A stretch of 36,928 nt of DNA. Source: Kudoa neothunni. Lineage: Eukaryota; Animalia; Cnidaria. A model generated the notes under the pieces. It made no database searches. It had not been told where the DNA came from and worked only from the letters and a program-made list of their open reading frames with translations. Shown here in pieces: positions 34,586 through 36,928 of the stretch. A program made the position numbers and the translations under genes. Where the stretch lies: NCBI GenBank assembly GCA_964304625.1, contig OZ199839.1, forward strand, positions 11,599,450-11,636,377, read 5' to 3'. Numbering within the stretch: position 1 is the first letter of the stretch; each line of letters opens with the position of its first letter.

Positions 34586-36928
34586 GTTGTGATTAGGTAT
34601 GTGTAAATGCTAACAACGGGTTATCTTGCTCTGATTTAGGTCGGATTGCGAGTTTGTAGCTGAAGGTCGGACTCAATAGCTAGAAAAAGGGGATTTAACC
34701 AACTTAACACTTTGATTGTAATTTATATATCATTAATTTATTATTGGGTAGAGTTATGCGATAAATCGTTCATTAAAATTAAATCGAATTAATGGATTAA
34801 GATTAGACATTGAAATTGTTCGTTATTTGAGGTTGTAACTGCAAGATATACATAGAATCTTATAAGCGCGATGATCGGACACATTTTAAACAACCTACCA
34901 TTATAGTAAGTGATTGTAGTTGATTACTTTTAGTCCGCTGGGTTATCTACTTTAATTGTGAGGCAATAAATAGTATACTATTAGCAGCAGCAGCTTGAAA
35001 ATATTGAAATTCACCGATAAACAAACCAATTAGTCACGCCAATTCTAGTTTACTGCTATTTGTGACTATTTCTAGACAGTTGATTGTGTTTAATCGAGTT
35101 GTTATCAGGAATTGAATTCAATTTCCACAACAACAATATCTCACTCTAACTATATTCAATCGCTTTTTCGTCACCAAAGTTATTTTTTATTATACATTAA
35201 AACCTCAAAGACACTGTTAATGTCAGCGAACCGGTTTCAAATTCTACCACCATTCAATTGACGAATGTGTTGAGTTATTTTCGGTAACGATTAAGATTAT
35301 ATTATTTGATAATGATTACATAAATTTATCTTCTGTTTCACAGAGTACAAAAAATTATTCATTTCACTAAATTACTTACATGCTCAGTTACTTAGTTTCT
35401 CGAGAGCAATATTCACAATATTTATTTGTTAGACGTTTCTCACAAACAAATATTTAGGATTATCCCACCCACTTGGTTTCACCGCATACCCAATTATTCT
35501 CCCACAACAGTCATTGTCGGTTACTTAGGTTTAATTCAGAAACAAATATAAGCAATAAACCAGCCTCAACCTGCACAATCAAACACCCTCACATTCTTAT
35601 TTCTAATCAGTGGTGGATGACATATATCTCGAACAAATCAATTTTATCTTATTAATAACTTGATTATAAGATTAATCTGAAGTATATATCCTTTTATTAA
35701 AACAAAAGGAGAACGAGTTTTCATAATAAAAACCCAACTACGGATTTTAATCGGTTTACAGCTGGAAATAGGCAGTGTTATAGTAAATGCCCCCTAAGTC
35801 AATGATGCAATTGTCCTCTTTCTCACCAAATAGGGTTATCAGCTGACCTATACTTAGTTATGACGAACGATTTTAATATTATCTTTTGAATTTATCGGTT
35901 ATCAGTCGGTTTAAACGAAAGAAAATTATCTTTTATTATTGGCCGTTAACGTAAACACTCTGGCGCCCACTGCATAATCACCGTTCCCAGCCTACTTCGA
36001 CGTAATAGTTTTTATGGTGATTTTATGCGTGTTCGGTTGACGATTTGTTAATAGTCCCGTAGTATTTGATCAATTTTAGCTGTACATGCCTGGAAAATAA
36101 CTTCACAATTGTGAATATCGTGATTTTAATCGAACTGTTTATACACACCACCAAGCACTACTAACACTTGTTCACCGTAGTTGTATCTCACAAAAGTGAC
36201 ACCAGAGTACAAGACACTTTATTTAAATTGAACTTATACATTAGGCTGAGGAAATATTTTACTTGGTCTATATATCAGAACGTTTATTATTTTTAGATTA
36301 TTAATATCATAAAGCTAAAAGGTCCTCACCTCTTATTCATGGAAATTTCAAACACGTTGAAAACTATTTCATTGAACCATTCCGATAATATATAATCGAA
36401 TCTGATTAATTCTAATCACTCAACATAAACGGGCATGTTTCACATATGAATGTAGTTTCTTGTTATCGAATTTAGCTTTATTGTCTAAAATTCTCCCCCA
36501 ACCTCCGCCTCATCTATTCTTTTGATTATTATAGATTTTGTGTTATAAACTAGATTTAAAACAAGAATTAGGCTCGTAAATAATACAGAGACCATAAATC
36601 AGCACCGTTCCTAGTCGATACATGATATATGAACGACGTCACGACGGGCGTGATTTGCAGCTATGTAAATTTCGTCTTTAACGTCTCATTAACTTTCATT
36701 AAACAAATGGAATTTCCTCATTGACGCCGAAAATATTCAAAAACTCATCCAATATAACTAAACACGCACATTTAAATTAAAGTCCTCGCTTATTTGGTTT
36801 AGAGTAATTTACGTAACTGTTTAATCTTAATCGTATAAATAAATTGGAAACGAGGGAGTACATGCCTCCCCTAATTTTACCTTTTCCACATGCTTGATAT
36901 TCCCGATTTTATTCAAGAATTATTACGC

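Noticed and set aside
36558-36670. TTAAAACAAG start with a GC-richer stretch, possibly a Helentron-type repeat
   Set aside because: No second terminus or second copy in the window to support it.
1-36928. Prokaryotic systems (CRISPR arrays, operons, IS elements, tRNA or rRNA)
   Set aside because: No repeat-spacer array or structural RNA seen. The genes have spliceosomal introns, and the IS630- and IS1595-like proteins are eukaryotic Tc1 and Merlin relatives.

Overview
This is AT-rich eukaryotic (animal) genomic DNA, not prokaryotic. Short GT-AG introns, a diverged SMAD4 and a heavy load of DNA transposons suggest a reduced parasitic invertebrate such as a myxozoan cnidarian (inference only). 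Three intact spliced genes were reconstructed by hand. (1) A GLUT/SLC2-type sugar porter (+, 8580-10414, 6 exons). (2) An SLC37A1/2-type sugar-phosphate exchanger (-, 31008-18018, 18 exons), whose fifth intron is 10,374 nt while all other introns are 39-142 nt. (3) A SMAD4/Medea-like co-Smad (-, 34585-31441, 9 exons). Roughly half of the window is decayed DNA transposons: three Tc1/IS630 copies, pogo/Tigger elements, hAT, Mutator, piggyBac, Merlin and probable Helitron-like pieces, several of them nested. The most notable observations are a Tc1/IS630 family with a D32E catalytic spacing in two diverged copies, the transposon-packed giant intron, a vertebrate-like hAT element (horizontal transfer candidate), a TA-flanked Mutator element, and altered substrate residues in both transporters. 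No CRISPR array, rRNA or tRNA was found.
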